A program made the translations under genes and the position numbers. This document shows positions 38,599 through 48,610 of a stretch of DNA of 64,000 nt, piece by piece. The notes under the pieces were generated by a model that was not told the origin of the DNA, did not search any database, and saw nothing but the letters and a program-made list of their open reading frames with translations. Position 1 is the first letter of the stretch. The number at the start of each line of letters is the position of its first letter. The stretch spans positions 36,260-100,259 of the forward strand of contig JANSYR010000012.1 of NCBI GenBank assembly GCA_024742285.1, in the 5' to 3' direction. Source of the stretch: a bacterium (GTDB lineage: Bacteria > Myxococcota_A > UBA9160 > UBA4427).

Positions 38599-41130
38599 TT
38601 ATAGCATGTTGACGGGACGCGCGTCGAGGGCCATCTGGACCTCCCGCGGCAGTCCGCGCCCGGCCGCGAGGGCGGCCTTCGAGGCGAGCCGGAGAGCCTC
38701 CTCGTCGTCGCCCTTCAGCAGGCACATGAAGCGGTACCGGCCCCGTAGTCGCGCGATCGGCGCGGGGGAGGGGCCGAGCACTTCGAGGCGGATGCCGTCG
38801 CGGAGGACCGCCCGCGCCGCGTTCGCGACGGCTTCGATTCCCTGCCGTGCGTGCTCCTCCTCCTCGGCGTGCACGAGGATCCGTGACAGGCGACCGAAGG
38901 GCGGGTAGCCGAGGGCTTCGCGGTGGCTGATCTCCTCGCGATAGAAGCCTTCGAAGTCGTGACTGCCGACCGGGGCGAGGGCGTAGTGGTCCGGCACGAA
39001 GGTCTGGACCACGACGCGGCCGGGCCGGTTCGCGCGGCCGGCGCGGCCGGCGACCTGGGTCAAGAGCTGGAACGTGCGTTCGGCGGCCCGGAAATCCGGC
39101 AGATGGAGCCCGATGTCGGCGGCGACCACCCCGACGAGCTGGACGCCGGGGAAGTCGTGTCCCTTGGCGACCATCTGGGTCCCGATCACGATGTCGACCG
39201 CTTCGTCCTTGAGGGCCCCGAGCACGGACTCGGTATGCCCGCGCTTCTGCGCGACGTCGCGATCGAGGCGCATCGTGCGCGCACTCGGAAAGACCGTCTG
39301 GACGTCCTCCTCGAGCCGCTCGGTGCCGACGCCGAGCAGCGCCGTCTCCGGGTCGCCGCATCCGTTGCAGTTGTCGGGGACTTCGCGTTCGAGGTCGCAG
39401 TAGTGACACTTGAGCTTGTAGTCCGCGGCGTGGAACACGAGGGCGACGTCGCAGTCGTCGCAGCGCTCCGCGTGGCCGCACTGGAAGCAGAAGATCCGCG
39501 TCGAGAAGCCGCGCCGGTTCAGGAAGAGGATCGTCTGGCCTCCGTCGGCCATCGTCTGCTCGATCGCCGCGCGCATCGGCCGCGACAGGATCAGCTTCCT
39601 TCCGCGCGGGTTCTTGTCCTTCTCCTTGCCGAGGTCGACGATCTCGACCGCCGGGAGCGGGCGTCCGCCGACGCGGCGGGGAAGCGAGAGGCGCTTGATG
39701 CGTCCGGTCTCGGCCTGATGGCGCGTCTCGAGGGCGGGGGTCGCGGAGCCCAGGATCAGCGGACAGCCCGCCTGCGCCGCTCGCCGCGCCGCGACGTCCG
39801 CGGCGTGGTATCGGAAGCCCTCTTCGTTCTTGTACGCGCCGTCGTGCTCCTCGTCGATCACGATCAGGCCGAGGTCCTCGAGCGGGGCGAAGAGGGCGCT
39901 GCGGGCGCCGACGGCGATCCGCGTGTCTCCGGTTCGCAGGCGCTCCCATTGGGCGAGCCGATCCCCGGGCTTGAGGCCGCTGTGGAGGACCGCGACCTCG
40001 TCTCCGAATCGCGCGCGGACCCGCGCCACGAGCTGATGGGTCAGCGTGATCTCCGGAACGAGGACCAGCGCCTGGCGCCCCGCCTCGAGGGCTTCGGCGA
40101 TCGCGCGCAGGTAGACCTCGGTCTTGCCGCTGCCGGTCACGCCGTGGAGCAGGAAGGTCTCGGCGACCTGGCGCTTGATCGCGTCGCGGAGGGGGACGAG
40201 GGCGTCTCGCTGGTCCTCCGTGAGCGTGACCGGACCGTCGCCGTCGAGGATCGACTCCGCCGCGATCAGCCGGGGTCGTTCGGAGAACGCGACGAGCCCG
40301 CGCTTCTCGAGGTTCCGGAGCAGCGCGCCGACGTTGGGATCCTCCGCCGTGAGCCGCCGGGTCGGGACACCCTCCTTTTCCTCCGCGATCCGCCGAAGCA
40401 GGGCCGCCTGCTTCTTCGCCCGGCCCAGGACCTGCATCGCGGCGTGCTCGACGTCGACGTCGAGGGCGATCCGCGCGATCCGTTCGGTGGGGACCCGGGC
40501 CTTCGCGCGGCGGACTTCGACCCGTCGCTCGACGAGGCCGTCCCGGGCGAGCGCGGCGAGGCGGGTCTCGACGTCGATCCGGGGGAGCGCCTTTCCGAGG
40601 GCCTTTTCGAGCGAATGGGCCGTCTGCGTCCGCATCGCGAGCTGTTCGAGGAGCGGCCGCGCCTCGTCTGCCAGGGCGCCCTGGGCGAGGGCGCGCTCGC
40701 CACGCGGGGTCAGCGCCCAGGGGCGCGAGAGGCGGGGCGTCGATCCGGGCGGCAGCGCGTGCGCGAGGGCGAGGCCGATCGGGCAGAAGATGTCCCGCGC
40801 CGCCTCGGCCAGGAGCTTCATCATGGGCAGGCCGACGACCGGCTCCTCGTCGACGACGCCCGCGATCTCGGCGAGCTCCCGCGGTCCGCCCGCGGAGGCC
40901 TCGTCCTCTTCGGTCGACCAGTCGCCGGGAACGACCAGGCCGACCAGCGGCGTGCCCCCGAACTGGACGCGTACGCGCGTACCCGGCTCGACGGGGCGGG
41001 CATGGGCCCGCGGTACCCGGTAGTCGAAGAGGCGGTCGAGGGGGACGGGCAGCGCCACGCGCACGATGCCCTCGTTCGTGGCATCGTCCGAGCCCGCAGG
41101 CGGGAGGCCGTCGAAGAGGGGGGCGGACAT
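38599..41130 (-). CDS. priA: Primosomal protein N' (replication restart helicase PriA)
   Basis: Walker A GVTGSGKTEVY, DEEHD, CxxC zinc-finger cluster CFQCGH...CDDC...CHYCD...CNGCG. Start at MSAPLFDG; exact start uncertain. Confidence 0.8.
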   Translation of the reverse strand: MSAPLFDGLPPAGSDDATNEGIVRVALPVPLDRLFDYRVPRAHARPVEPGTRVRVQFGGTPLVGLVVPGDWSTEEDEASAGGPRELAEIAGVVDEEPVVGLPMMKLLAEAARDIFCPIGLALAHALPPGSTPRLSRPWALTPRGERALAQGALADEARPLLEQLAMRTQTAHSLEKALGKALPRIDVETRLAALARDGLVERRVEVRRAKARVPTERIARIALDVDVEHAAMQVLGRAKKQAALLRRIAEEKEGVPTRRLTAEDPNVGALLRNLEKRGLVAFSERPRLIAAESILDGDGPVTLTEDQRDALVPLRDAIKRQVAETFLLHGVTGSGKTEVYLRAIAEALEAGRQALVLVPEITLTHQLVARVRARFGDEVAVLHSGLKPGDRLAQWERLRTGDTRIAVGARSALFAPLEDLGLIVIDEEHDGAYKNEEGFRYHAADVAARRAAQAGCPLILGSATPALETRHQAETGRIKRLSLPRRVGGRPLPAVEIVDLGKEKDKNPRGRKLILSRPMRAAIEQTMADGGQTILFLNRRGFSTRIFCFQCGHAERCDDCDVALVFHAADYKLKCHYCDLEREVPDNCNGCGDPETALLGVGTERLEEDVQTVFPSARTMRLDRDVAQKRGHTESVLGALKDEAVDIVIGTQMVAKGHDFPGVQLVGVVAADIGLHLPDFRAAERTFQLLTQVAGRAGRANRPGRVVVQTFVPDHYALAPVGSHDFEGFYREEISHREALGYPPFGRLSRILVHAEEEEHARQGIEAVANAARAVLRDGIRLEVLGPSPAPIARLRGRYRFMCLLKGDDEEALRLASKAALAAGRGLPREVQMALDARPVNML

Positions 41131-41902
41131 GGCGCAATCGTATGGTGGGCGCAGTCCCGAGGAAAGCCCGCGGACCGATCGTCGGCGCGGACGCAGGGAA
41201 AGGCCGCGGATCCGCGTGGACGACGAGGGCGACACCCGGAGCCTCGTCGTCGACGAGACCTTCGCCTCGTTCTATCGCCCGGGCGAGATCGTGACCCACT
41301 GCGTCTGGGACGCGATCGCGGCCCCGATCCTCTGGCTCCCGCCGAAGCGCCGACGGCGGATCCTGGTCCTCGGCCTCGGCGGTGGCTCGGTCGCGCGGAT
41401 CGCACGCGCGCTCGCACCCGAGGCGGAGATCGTCGGCGTCGAGTTCGAGCCCGAGGTCGTCCGGCTGGCGCGGCGCCATCTCGACCTCGACGAGATCGGC
41501 CTCCGGGTCGAGGTCGCCGATGCGCGCACCTGGGTCGAGGCCGAGTCCGAGCGCGCCCCCCGCTACGACGCGATTCTCGAAGACGTCTTCGTCGGGTCCG
41601 GGGACGACGTCCACAAGCCCGACTGGATCCCGGAGCCGATGCACGCCCAGGCCTTCGGAATGCTCGCGCCGGGGGGCGTCTTCGTCAGCAATACGCTCGA
41701 CGAGCACGCGCGGGTCGCGAAGTCGATGCGCGCGCACTTCGAGGGGCTCGTCGCGATCGAAACCGAGGACTACGACAACCGGGTGCTGGCGGCGGGTGGA
41801 CCGGGACTGTCGGGGGCCGCGCTCCGGGAGCGCGTCGCGGCGTCCGACGTGCTCGCCCCGAGCCTCGAGGTGCTGTCGTTCAGGACCCGGCGGGCGTCCT
41901 GA
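41129..41902 (+). CDS. Spermidine synthase-like / class I SAM-dependent methyltransferase-fold protein
   Basis: ILVLGLGGGSVARIA Rossmann motif, EIVGVEFEPEVV. The ATG at 41129 overlaps the priA start divergently; alternative GTG at 41216. Confidence 0.45.
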   Translation: MAQSYGGRSPEESPRTDRRRGRRERPRIRVDDEGDTRSLVVDETFASFYRPGEIVTHCVWDAIAAPILWLPPKRRRRILVLGLGGGSVARIARALAPEAEIVGVEFEPEVVRLARRHLDLDEIGLRVEVADARTWVEAESERAPRYDAILEDVFVGSGDDVHKPDWIPEPMHAQAFGMLAPGGVFVSNTLDEHARVAKSMRAHFEGLVAIETEDYDNRVLAAGGPGLSGAALRERVAASDVLAPSLEVLSFRTRRAS

Positions 41903-41923
41903 GGTGGCGCGGTCGAGCGGCGA

Positions 41924-42640
41924 CTAGGCCTCGCGTCGGCGACGCACCGCGTTGCCACACACGACGGCCCCCAGCCCGAAGAGCAGCGCCGCGGAAGGCT
42001 CCGGAACCGGCTCGGCCGCGTCGACGGTGAAGAGCCAGTCACTCGCGTAGAGGTGCTGGTTCAGGCCGCCGGGCGCGTTCGAGTGGTTCACCCAGCCGTA
42101 GCAGGAGCGATCGGCACCGCGGTGCTCGTCGACGCAACGGAACGTGTATCCGTGGCGGCCCGCGAAATCGACCAGGTCGTAGGTCCGCCCGGTCAGGCCG
42201 TCGGTGATCGTGCCGCTCGAGAGGCCGTACGTGTAGAGCGCCGCGTGATCCGAATCGCTCGGGGCGGGATTCACCTGGAGGCGGTTCTGCGCCTCCTGAT
42301 CCACGACGTTGCGGTAGGTGAAGTCGATCGTGAAGACTCGCGCGTGCTCGTAGACCGATCCAGCGTCGAGACCGCCCCAGCTCTGGCCGGAGATCTGGAT
42401 CGTGTTCGCGTCTTCGTCCCAGAAGAGGTTCATGTCGCTCCGGGCGTGATCGAAGTCGAAGGTGTAGACGTCGCTCGAGTCGCCCGTCAGCAGGCCATCG
42501 AGGCGCAGGCCGTAGGCCGGAGGAGCCTGGTTCCCGCCCGGGTGGCTGCTGAGGCCGAGCCAGACCCCCGACTCGATCGGCCCCGCGAGGGCGGCGGAGG
42601 GAAATAGCAGAACGAAGAGGAGGGGGATGAGGCGCTTCAC
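41924..42640 (-). CDS. PEP-CTERM sorting-domain secreted protein
   Basis: N-terminal signal peptide; C-terminal VPEPSAALLFGLGAVVCGNAVRRRREA (VPEP, TM helix, Arg cluster). GTG start with GGAGA RBS. Confidence 0.65.
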   Translation of the reverse strand: MKRLIPLLFVLLFPSAALAGPIESGVWLGLSSHPGGNQAPPAYGLRLDGLLTGDSSDVYTFDFDHARSDMNLFWDEDANTIQISGQSWGGLDAGSVYEHARVFTIDFTYRNVVDQEAQNRLQVNPAPSDSDHAALYTYGLSSGTITDGLTGRTYDLVDFAGRHGYTFRCVDEHRGADRSCYGWVNHSNAPGGLNQHLYASDWLFTVDAAEPVPEPSAALLFGLGAVVCGNAVRRRREA

Positions 42641-42872
42641 GACGGTCTCCGCGGTGGGGATGGGGTATGCGCCCTTTGTACATGGAATGTGGGGTTTGGG
42701 ACGCATCAAACCGTAGCGTCGAATAGTGTTTGCCGATGATCTGCCGCCGGGTGGAGTGATCCGTGTCGGGCCGTGCCCAGGCGACGTGGGCGCGGCGTGT
42801 GAAGATCTGTATCTCTTCGAATTCGCATGGGAATCCTGGGCTAAAGTCGAGTGTGCGCACGCCCGATACTTG

Positions 42873-42896
42873 AATTAATCGAACGTTCGATTAATT
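42873..42896. promoter_or_regulatory. Perfect 24 bp AT-rich palindrome AATTAATCGAACGTTCGATTAATT, 10 bp upstream of the TetR start; probable TetR operator
   Basis: Reverse complement equals the sequence itself; its position is typical of an autoregulated TetR/efflux locus. Confidence 0.5.
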
Positions 42897-42906
42897 TGGG
42901 TCCGCC

Positions 42907-43638
42907 ATGTCCTCTTCGTCGCAGGCTGAAGGCTCCTCGCAAGCTGAAGGCTCCTCCCCTCACCCTGAAGGCTCGCCTCTGCGACGCCCCGGACGCCCCC
43001 GCCAGGAATCCGGCGACGGCGGTGACGTTCGCGATCGGCTGCTCGACGCGGCGGTGGAGATCGCGGTCGAGCAGGGCTTCGAGACCGCGGGCCTGCGCGA
43101 GATCGCACGGCGTGCCCAAGTCAGTCCGGGGATGATCTCGTACTACTTCGGTGATCGGCAGGGCCTCTACAGGGCGATGTTCGAACGTGTCTTCGCGCGG
43201 GTCCGGGAGAAAGTCGACGCCGTCCTCGACGCGCCGGATCGGACGAGCGAAGACCGCGTGGCAGACCTCGTGCGGATCCAGATCACTTCGATCGCGGCCG
43301 ACCCGTGGCTGCCCATCGTGGTGATGCGCGAGATGCTCTCGCGGCAGGACTCCCCGATCCGCGACTTCATCGGCGAGTTCATCGCGAAGGGCCCGATCGC
43401 GATGATGATCGAGCGGCTCGAGCAGGCCCAGCGCGATGGCGCGATCTCGAAGGACTACGACCCGAGGATGCTGGCGATGACGATCGGCAGTCTGTCCGGC
43501 TTTCCCTTTCTCATGCTCCCGATCGTGGGACCGCATCTCGGTCTCGAGCTCGACGGCGACTTTCCCGAACGTCTGATCGAGCACAACCAGAAGATTCTTT
43601 CCGAAGCACTCCGCGCCCGAACGGAGAACGCCTCATGA
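42907..43638 (+). CDS. TetR/AcrR-family transcriptional regulator
   Basis: HTH region LLDAAVEIAVEQGFETAGLREIARRAQVSPGMISYYF. Confidence 0.75.
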   Translation: MSSSSQAEGSSQAEGSSPHPEGSPLRRPGRPRQESGDGGDVRDRLLDAAVEIAVEQGFETAGLREIARRAQVSPGMISYYFGDRQGLYRAMFERVFARVREKVDAVLDAPDRTSEDRVADLVRIQITSIAADPWLPIVVMREMLSRQDSPIRDFIGEFIAKGPIAMMIERLEQAQRDGAISKDYDPRMLAMTIGSLSGFPFLMLPIVGPHLGLELDGDFPERLIEHNQKILSEALRARTENAS

Positions 43639-44792
43639 ACCCGATCTCGACTGCGAACGACGTCCGCCGTCGTCTCGAGAGATCCGTCGTCCTCGCACTC
43701 GCGGCGGGGTGTCTCGCCGTCTTCGCGCTGGCGTGCAACGACGGCGCCGCGACGACGCGCGGGGAGCCGGAATCCGTCGCTCCGCTCCCCGAGGCGCGGC
43801 TCCGCGTCCGGATTGATCCCGTCCGTCTCGACGCGCTCCCGACCGAAGACCGGATCACCGCGACCGTCCGCGCCTTCCACCGCGCGACGATCACGGCCGA
43901 GACCCAGGGCCGCGTCCTCGAGCGCGTCGTGGAGCCCGGGACCGAGGTCGAGGCCGATGGCGCGATCCTTCGGCTCGAGGACTCGCGAATGGTGCTCGAG
44001 CTTCGTCGGGCCGAAGCGCAGCTCTCGGCGGCGCGGACCGTCCTCGCCCACGCGAAGCGCGAGTTCGCCCGCGGCGACCGTCTCCGGAAGCAGAACGCGA
44101 TCAGCACCCAGCAGCACGACGACCTCGAGCACGCAGTCGATCGCGCCCGAGACGAACGCGCCCTCGCCGAGGTCGCTCGCGACACGGCGAAGCGGAATCT
44201 CGCGGACACGCGGATCACGGCGCCCTTCGCGGGCACCGTCGATTCGATCGCCGTCGACGTCGGGGACTTCGTCTCCGCCGGAACCCCGGTCGCGGTCCTC
44301 GTCGATCTCGCCCGCGTCCGGATCATGGGCAGCGTGACCGCCGGCGAGGCCGCGCGCCTCGTGCCGGGCACGACGGCGCGGGTGACCTTCCGCGATCTCG
44401 GCGGCGAGATCTTCGAGGCGAAGCTCGAGAGCGTCGCCCGCGTGGCCTCGTCGAAGGACGGGACCTACGCGATCGAGCTCCACATGGACGACCCGAGCGG
44501 TCGCCTCCGGGACGGCCTCGTCGCTACGGTCGAGCTTCCGGACGCCGATGCCTCGCCGCGTCTGCTCACCAAGCGTGCCTCGCTCCTCCGGCGGAGCGGC
44601 CATCCCGAGGTCTTCGTGATCGAAGGGGAGGGCGACGCCGCCGTGGCCCGGAGCCGTCGAGTGCGAACGGGACGCAGTGCGGGGGAGTGGATCGAGGTCC
44701 TCGACGGATTGAACGAGGGCGAACGCGTGGTCTGGGACGGCCACTTCGCGCTCGGCGACGGGATCGCCGTCGTGATCGACGGGGAGGGCTAG
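43635..44792 (+). CDS. Efflux RND transporter periplasmic adaptor subunit (MFP/HlyD family)
   Basis: Start overlaps the TetR stop as ATGA; lipoprotein-like N-terminus (LAAGC), coiled-coil and beta-barrel pattern (RITAPFAGTVDSIAV). Confidence 0.75.
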   Translation: MNPISTANDVRRRLERSVVLALAAGCLAVFALACNDGAATTRGEPESVAPLPEARLRVRIDPVRLDALPTEDRITATVRAFHRATITAETQGRVLERVVEPGTEVEADGAILRLEDSRMVLELRRAEAQLSAARTVLAHAKREFARGDRLRKQNAISTQQHDDLEHAVDRARDERALAEVARDTAKRNLADTRITAPFAGTVDSIAVDVGDFVSAGTPVAVLVDLARVRIMGSVTAGEAARLVPGTTARVTFRDLGGEIFEAKLESVARVASSKDGTYAIELHMDDPSGRLRDGLVATVELPDADASPRLLTKRASLLRRSGHPEVFVIEGEGDAAVARSRRVRTGRSAGEWIEVLDGLNEGERVVWDGHFALGDGIAVVIDGEG

Positions 44793-44795
44793 ACG

Positions 44796-47700
44796 ATGGA
44801 ACGTCTGATCCGCTTCTTCGTCGAGCGCCATCTCCTCGTCAACACGATCACGCTCGCCGTCGTCCTGCTCGGTCTGCTCGCGATGCTGCGAACGAACGTC
44901 GAGGGCTTCCCGGAAGCCACGATGCCGATGTTCATGGTGACGGGGACCCTGCCCGGCGCCGCGGCCCAGGACGTCGAGACCAAGGTCACGATTCCGATCG
45001 AGGACGAGCTCCGGGAGGTCGACGGCCTCGAGAGCTTCACCACGATCATCACCGACAACCGCTCGGTCACGACGGTCAAGCTCGACGACGACACCCCGGA
45101 CGAAGACATCTTCAAGAAGGAGCGGGAGATCCGGAACGCCATCGAGGCGATCAACGACTTCCCGCCGGACATGCGCGACGACCCGTCGGTCTTCGTGATG
45201 GACCCGTCGAAGATGCCGGTCCTCGAGGTCGCCGTCGCCGGCGAGCAGGGCGTCCTGCCGGAAGCGGCGCGACACCTGAAGCGGACGCTGATGCGCCTCG
45301 AAGGCGTGGGCGAGGTCATCGAGGTCGGTCTGCCGGATCCGGAGATCCGGGTGCTCGTCGATCCCTCCGCTGCGCGCGCCCATGGCGTGACCATCCTCGA
45401 CGTCACCCGCGCGGTCGAGCGGCGCAACGTGTCGGATACCGGCGGCGTCCTCGAGAGCGCCGGCGACCGGCGCCAGGTCGTGATGTGGGGACGCTACGAG
45501 GACGCGTCCGAGGTCGGCGAGACGATCCTCCGCTTCGACGAGGGAGGCCCGCTCCGCGTGCGCGACGTGGCGCGAATCGAGGTCGGACGAGAGGACGTGG
45601 GCCTGATCGCGGGCACGAACGGGCGACCGGGTCTCTCGCTCGTCGCGGTCAAGAAGTCCGATGCGGACATGATCGACACGCGAAACGCGATCGCCGCGGC
45701 CCTCGAGACGATCGAGCTTCCGCCCGGCGTCACGACGACGATCGTGAACGACGCCTCCTACGAGATGTCCAACCGGCTCCGGGTCATCGCGAGCAACGGC
45801 ATCATGGGCATCGCGCTCGTCGCCGGAATCGTCTTCCTCTTCCTGGCGCCGTCGGCCGCGGTCTGGGTCTGCGTGGGCGTTCCGCTCGTGATCCTCGGCG
45901 TGATCGCACTGATCCCGGAGGTGGGGCTCACCATCAACTTCGTGTCGACGATGGCCTTCGTGATCGTGCTGGGGATGCTCGTCGACGACGCCGTCGTCGT
46001 CGCGGAGAAGATCCTGCTGCGCCGACAGGAGGGCCTGAAGCCCACGGAAGCCGCGATCTCCGGCACGATGGCCGTGGCGCGTCCCGTGATCGCGTCGGCC
46101 GCGACGACGCTCCTCGCGTTCCTGCCGATGCTCGCGATCGGCGGCATGCCGTCGAAGCTGATCTGGCAGGTCCCGGTCGTCGTCAGCCTGGCGCTCGCAC
46201 TCTCGCTCCTCGAGAGCTTCCTGATCCTGCCGCCCCACATGTCGATGGTCCGTTCGGACGCAATGCCGCGACCGAAGCGGAAGTTCATGCTCGATCTCGA
46301 AGAGCGGTACCGCCGCGCGCTCCACGACGTCCTCCCCAGGCGCGGGCGCGTGGTCGCGGTCTTCAGCGCGATCTTCCTCTTCATCGCCCTGGTCATCGCC
46401 CCGCGAATGCAGTTCGAGTTCTTCCCCCAGGAGTCGGCGCCGGGCTTTTCGCTCAAGGTGCGGATGCCGGCGGGTACGCCGATCGAGCAGACCGAGGCCG
46501 TGTCGGACATGATCCTCGCGCAGATCCCGCCGCTCATGGGCGAGGACCTGATCGCGATCACGTCGCGGGTCGGTCACATGGAATCGGAAGGCTTCGACCG
46601 GGAGTACGGATCCTCGGAGAACGAGGCGGTGCTCTCGATGCATCTCGACCTCGACAAGAAGCGGATGACCGCGGCCCAGTGGATGGCGGAGCTCGAGCCG
46701 CACGTGCGGGCGCCCATCGAAGCCGAGCTCATCTACGAGGCGAAGGTGGATGGCCCGCCCGGACTCGAGCCGGTGAGCGTCTTCGTCAAGGCGAACGACG
46801 ACGCCGTCCGCCGGCAGACGGCGCTCGCCCTCGTCGAGTTCCTGGAAGGGCTCGGCGGCGTCACGAACCTCTCGGTCGACGAGAAGCTCGGCATGCGCCA
46901 GATCGATCTGAACCCCGATCCCGAGCGTCTCGCGCGCAACGGACTCGACGCCCACGACCTGGGGCTCACGCTCAAGGCCGCCTACTACGGACTGATCGCT
47001 TCCGAGATTCGTGATCTCGAGGAGTCGACGGACATCCGTGTCGCCTTCGAGCCGTCGTCGCGCCGCTCGATCGACGCGCTGCTCGACACCCAGGTGCGCA
47101 ACTCCCGGGGCGAGCTCGTGCTGCTGCGTGACGTCGTCGACCCGATCGAGATCCCCGCGGTCGCGCGGATCCAGCACCGCGACGGCCTGCGCGCCGTCTC
47201 GGTCACCGGCGGGATCGACCCGAACGCGGGCGTCACGGCGACGACGATCGCCGAAGCGATCGAGACGGAGTTCCTGCCCCGCTACGCCGGGCGCAGCGAC
47301 ATCGAGCTCGAGATTTCCGGCGAAGTCGTCCAGTCGCGCCGCGCGGTGGGCGACCTGGGCTTCGTCGCGATCGCGGTCTTCCTCGGGATCGGCGCGGTCA
47401 TCGCGATCATGCTCGGCTCGTTCCTCGAAGCCTTCTTCGTGATCGCGGTGGTTCCCTTCGCGGCGATGTCCGTGATCCTGACGTTCTGGGCCCACGGCAT
47501 GCACTTCTCGCTGCTGCCGCTGATCGGTACGATCGGTCTCTCCGGTGTCGTCGTGAACGCATCGATCGTGATGGTCGACTCCGTCCACCAGGCGCAACAC
47601 AGGCTCGACCGGAGCGCCTCCGAGGAGGAGCGCTTCGACGTGGTGGTCGAGGCGTTCGTGACGCGACTGCGGCCGGTGCTCGTGACGAGCCTGTCGACCT

Positions 47701-47951
47701 TCGGCGGCGTCCTGCCCACGGCCTACGGGTTCGGCGGCTACGACGCGGTCATGTCGCCTATGTCGCTCGCTCTCGGGTGGGGACTCGCATTGACCTCCGG
47801 CGTCACGCTCTTCCTCGTGCCTGCGCTCTACGTCTCTGCGAACGACATCAACCGCCAGATCGACGTCTGGCGCCGCGGGCGAAGGCCCGAGCTCGGGGTG
47901 GCCGAGGCGGCGGAGCTCGGGGGCGACGGTCCGGAGGAGGCGGCCGCATGA
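44796..47951 (+). CDS. Efflux RND transporter permease (AcrB/CzcA family)
   Basis: 1051 aa; FFVERHLLVNTITLAVVLLG N-terminus; 12 TM segments and two large periplasmic loops. Confidence 0.85.
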   Translation: MERLIRFFVERHLLVNTITLAVVLLGLLAMLRTNVEGFPEATMPMFMVTGTLPGAAAQDVETKVTIPIEDELREVDGLESFTTIITDNRSVTTVKLDDDTPDEDIFKKEREIRNAIEAINDFPPDMRDDPSVFVMDPSKMPVLEVAVAGEQGVLPEAARHLKRTLMRLEGVGEVIEVGLPDPEIRVLVDPSAARAHGVTILDVTRAVERRNVSDTGGVLESAGDRRQVVMWGRYEDASEVGETILRFDEGGPLRVRDVARIEVGREDVGLIAGTNGRPGLSLVAVKKSDADMIDTRNAIAAALETIELPPGVTTTIVNDASYEMSNRLRVIASNGIMGIALVAGIVFLFLAPSAAVWVCVGVPLVILGVIALIPEVGLTINFVSTMAFVIVLGMLVDDAVVVAEKILLRRQEGLKPTEAAISGTMAVARPVIASAATTLLAFLPMLAIGGMPSKLIWQVPVVVSLALALSLLESFLILPPHMSMVRSDAMPRPKRKFMLDLEERYRRALHDVLPRRGRVVAVFSAIFLFIALVIAPRMQFEFFPQESAPGFSLKVRMPAGTPIEQTEAVSDMILAQIPPLMGEDLIAITSRVGHMESEGFDREYGSSENEAVLSMHLDLDKKRMTAAQWMAELEPHVRAPIEAELIYEAKVDGPPGLEPVSVFVKANDDAVRRQTALALVEFLEGLGGVTNLSVDEKLGMRQIDLNPDPERLARNGLDAHDLGLTLKAAYYGLIASEIRDLEESTDIRVAFEPSSRRSIDALLDTQVRNSRGELVLLRDVVDPIEIPAVARIQHRDGLRAVSVTGGIDPNAGVTATTIAEAIETEFLPRYAGRSDIELEISGEVVQSRRAVGDLGFVAIAVFLGIGAVIAIMLGSFLEAFFVIAVVPFAAMSVILTFWAHGMHFSLLPLIGTIGLSGVVVNASIVMVDSVHQAQHRLDRSASEEERFDVVVEAFVTRLRPVLVTSLSTFGGVLPTAYGFGGYDAVMSPMSLALGWGLALTSGVTLFLVPALYVSANDINRQIDVWRRGRRPELGVAEAAELGGDGPEEAAA

Positions 47952-48478
47952 GTTCGTCGAGGGACGAGTCGATCGGGCGGCCGCCGAGGATCGAGCCGGA
48001 CCCGATGCCCGAGGGCGCGCCGCGCATCCTCGGCACCGTGAAACGTCACCCGCACCTGCTCGAGCCGATGCTCGGCTTCTCGTCGGCCCTCGCGGCCGGG
48101 GCGCTCCCGCGGCGCGCGTCCGAGATCCTCGCGCTGCGGGCCGCCTGGAACTGCCGTTCGGCCTTCGAGTGGGCGCATCACACGCGGTACGGACTCGATG
48201 CGGGGCTGTCCCAGGAAGAGATCGATCGCCTGGCCGGCGGCGATCCGGACGTGGGCTGGGACGAAGGCGACGCTGCGCTCGTGCGCGCCGCGGACGAGCT
48301 CCATGCGGGGCAGGACGTGGCCGACGCGACCTGGGCGCGGCTGGCGCAGGACTGGGACGAGGGGCAGCTCGTCGAGATCCCCTTCGTGGTCGGCCAGTAC
48401 ACGATGCTCTCGATGGTGGCGAAGGCGACGGGCGTCCCGGTCGATCCCGTCCAGCCCCGGTTTCCCGGCGAAGACTGA
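47947..48478 (+). CDS. Carboxymuconolactone decarboxylase-family (AhpD-like) protein
   Basis: Start ATG overlaps the RND stop as ATGA; CMD-like ALRAAWNCRSAFEWAHH motif. Confidence 0.6.
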
Positions 48479-48610
48479 GCGCGAACCTTCCTGCGCCCGG
48501 CCTGCCGCTCGCGTGCTCGATGGAACGCGGCGGACCTGCTCGATCGGACGCCCCATTTCCGGGGCCGCGCGTCAAGCACGGCTCGAGGGGGGCGATGAGC
48601 AGGAGAGCGT

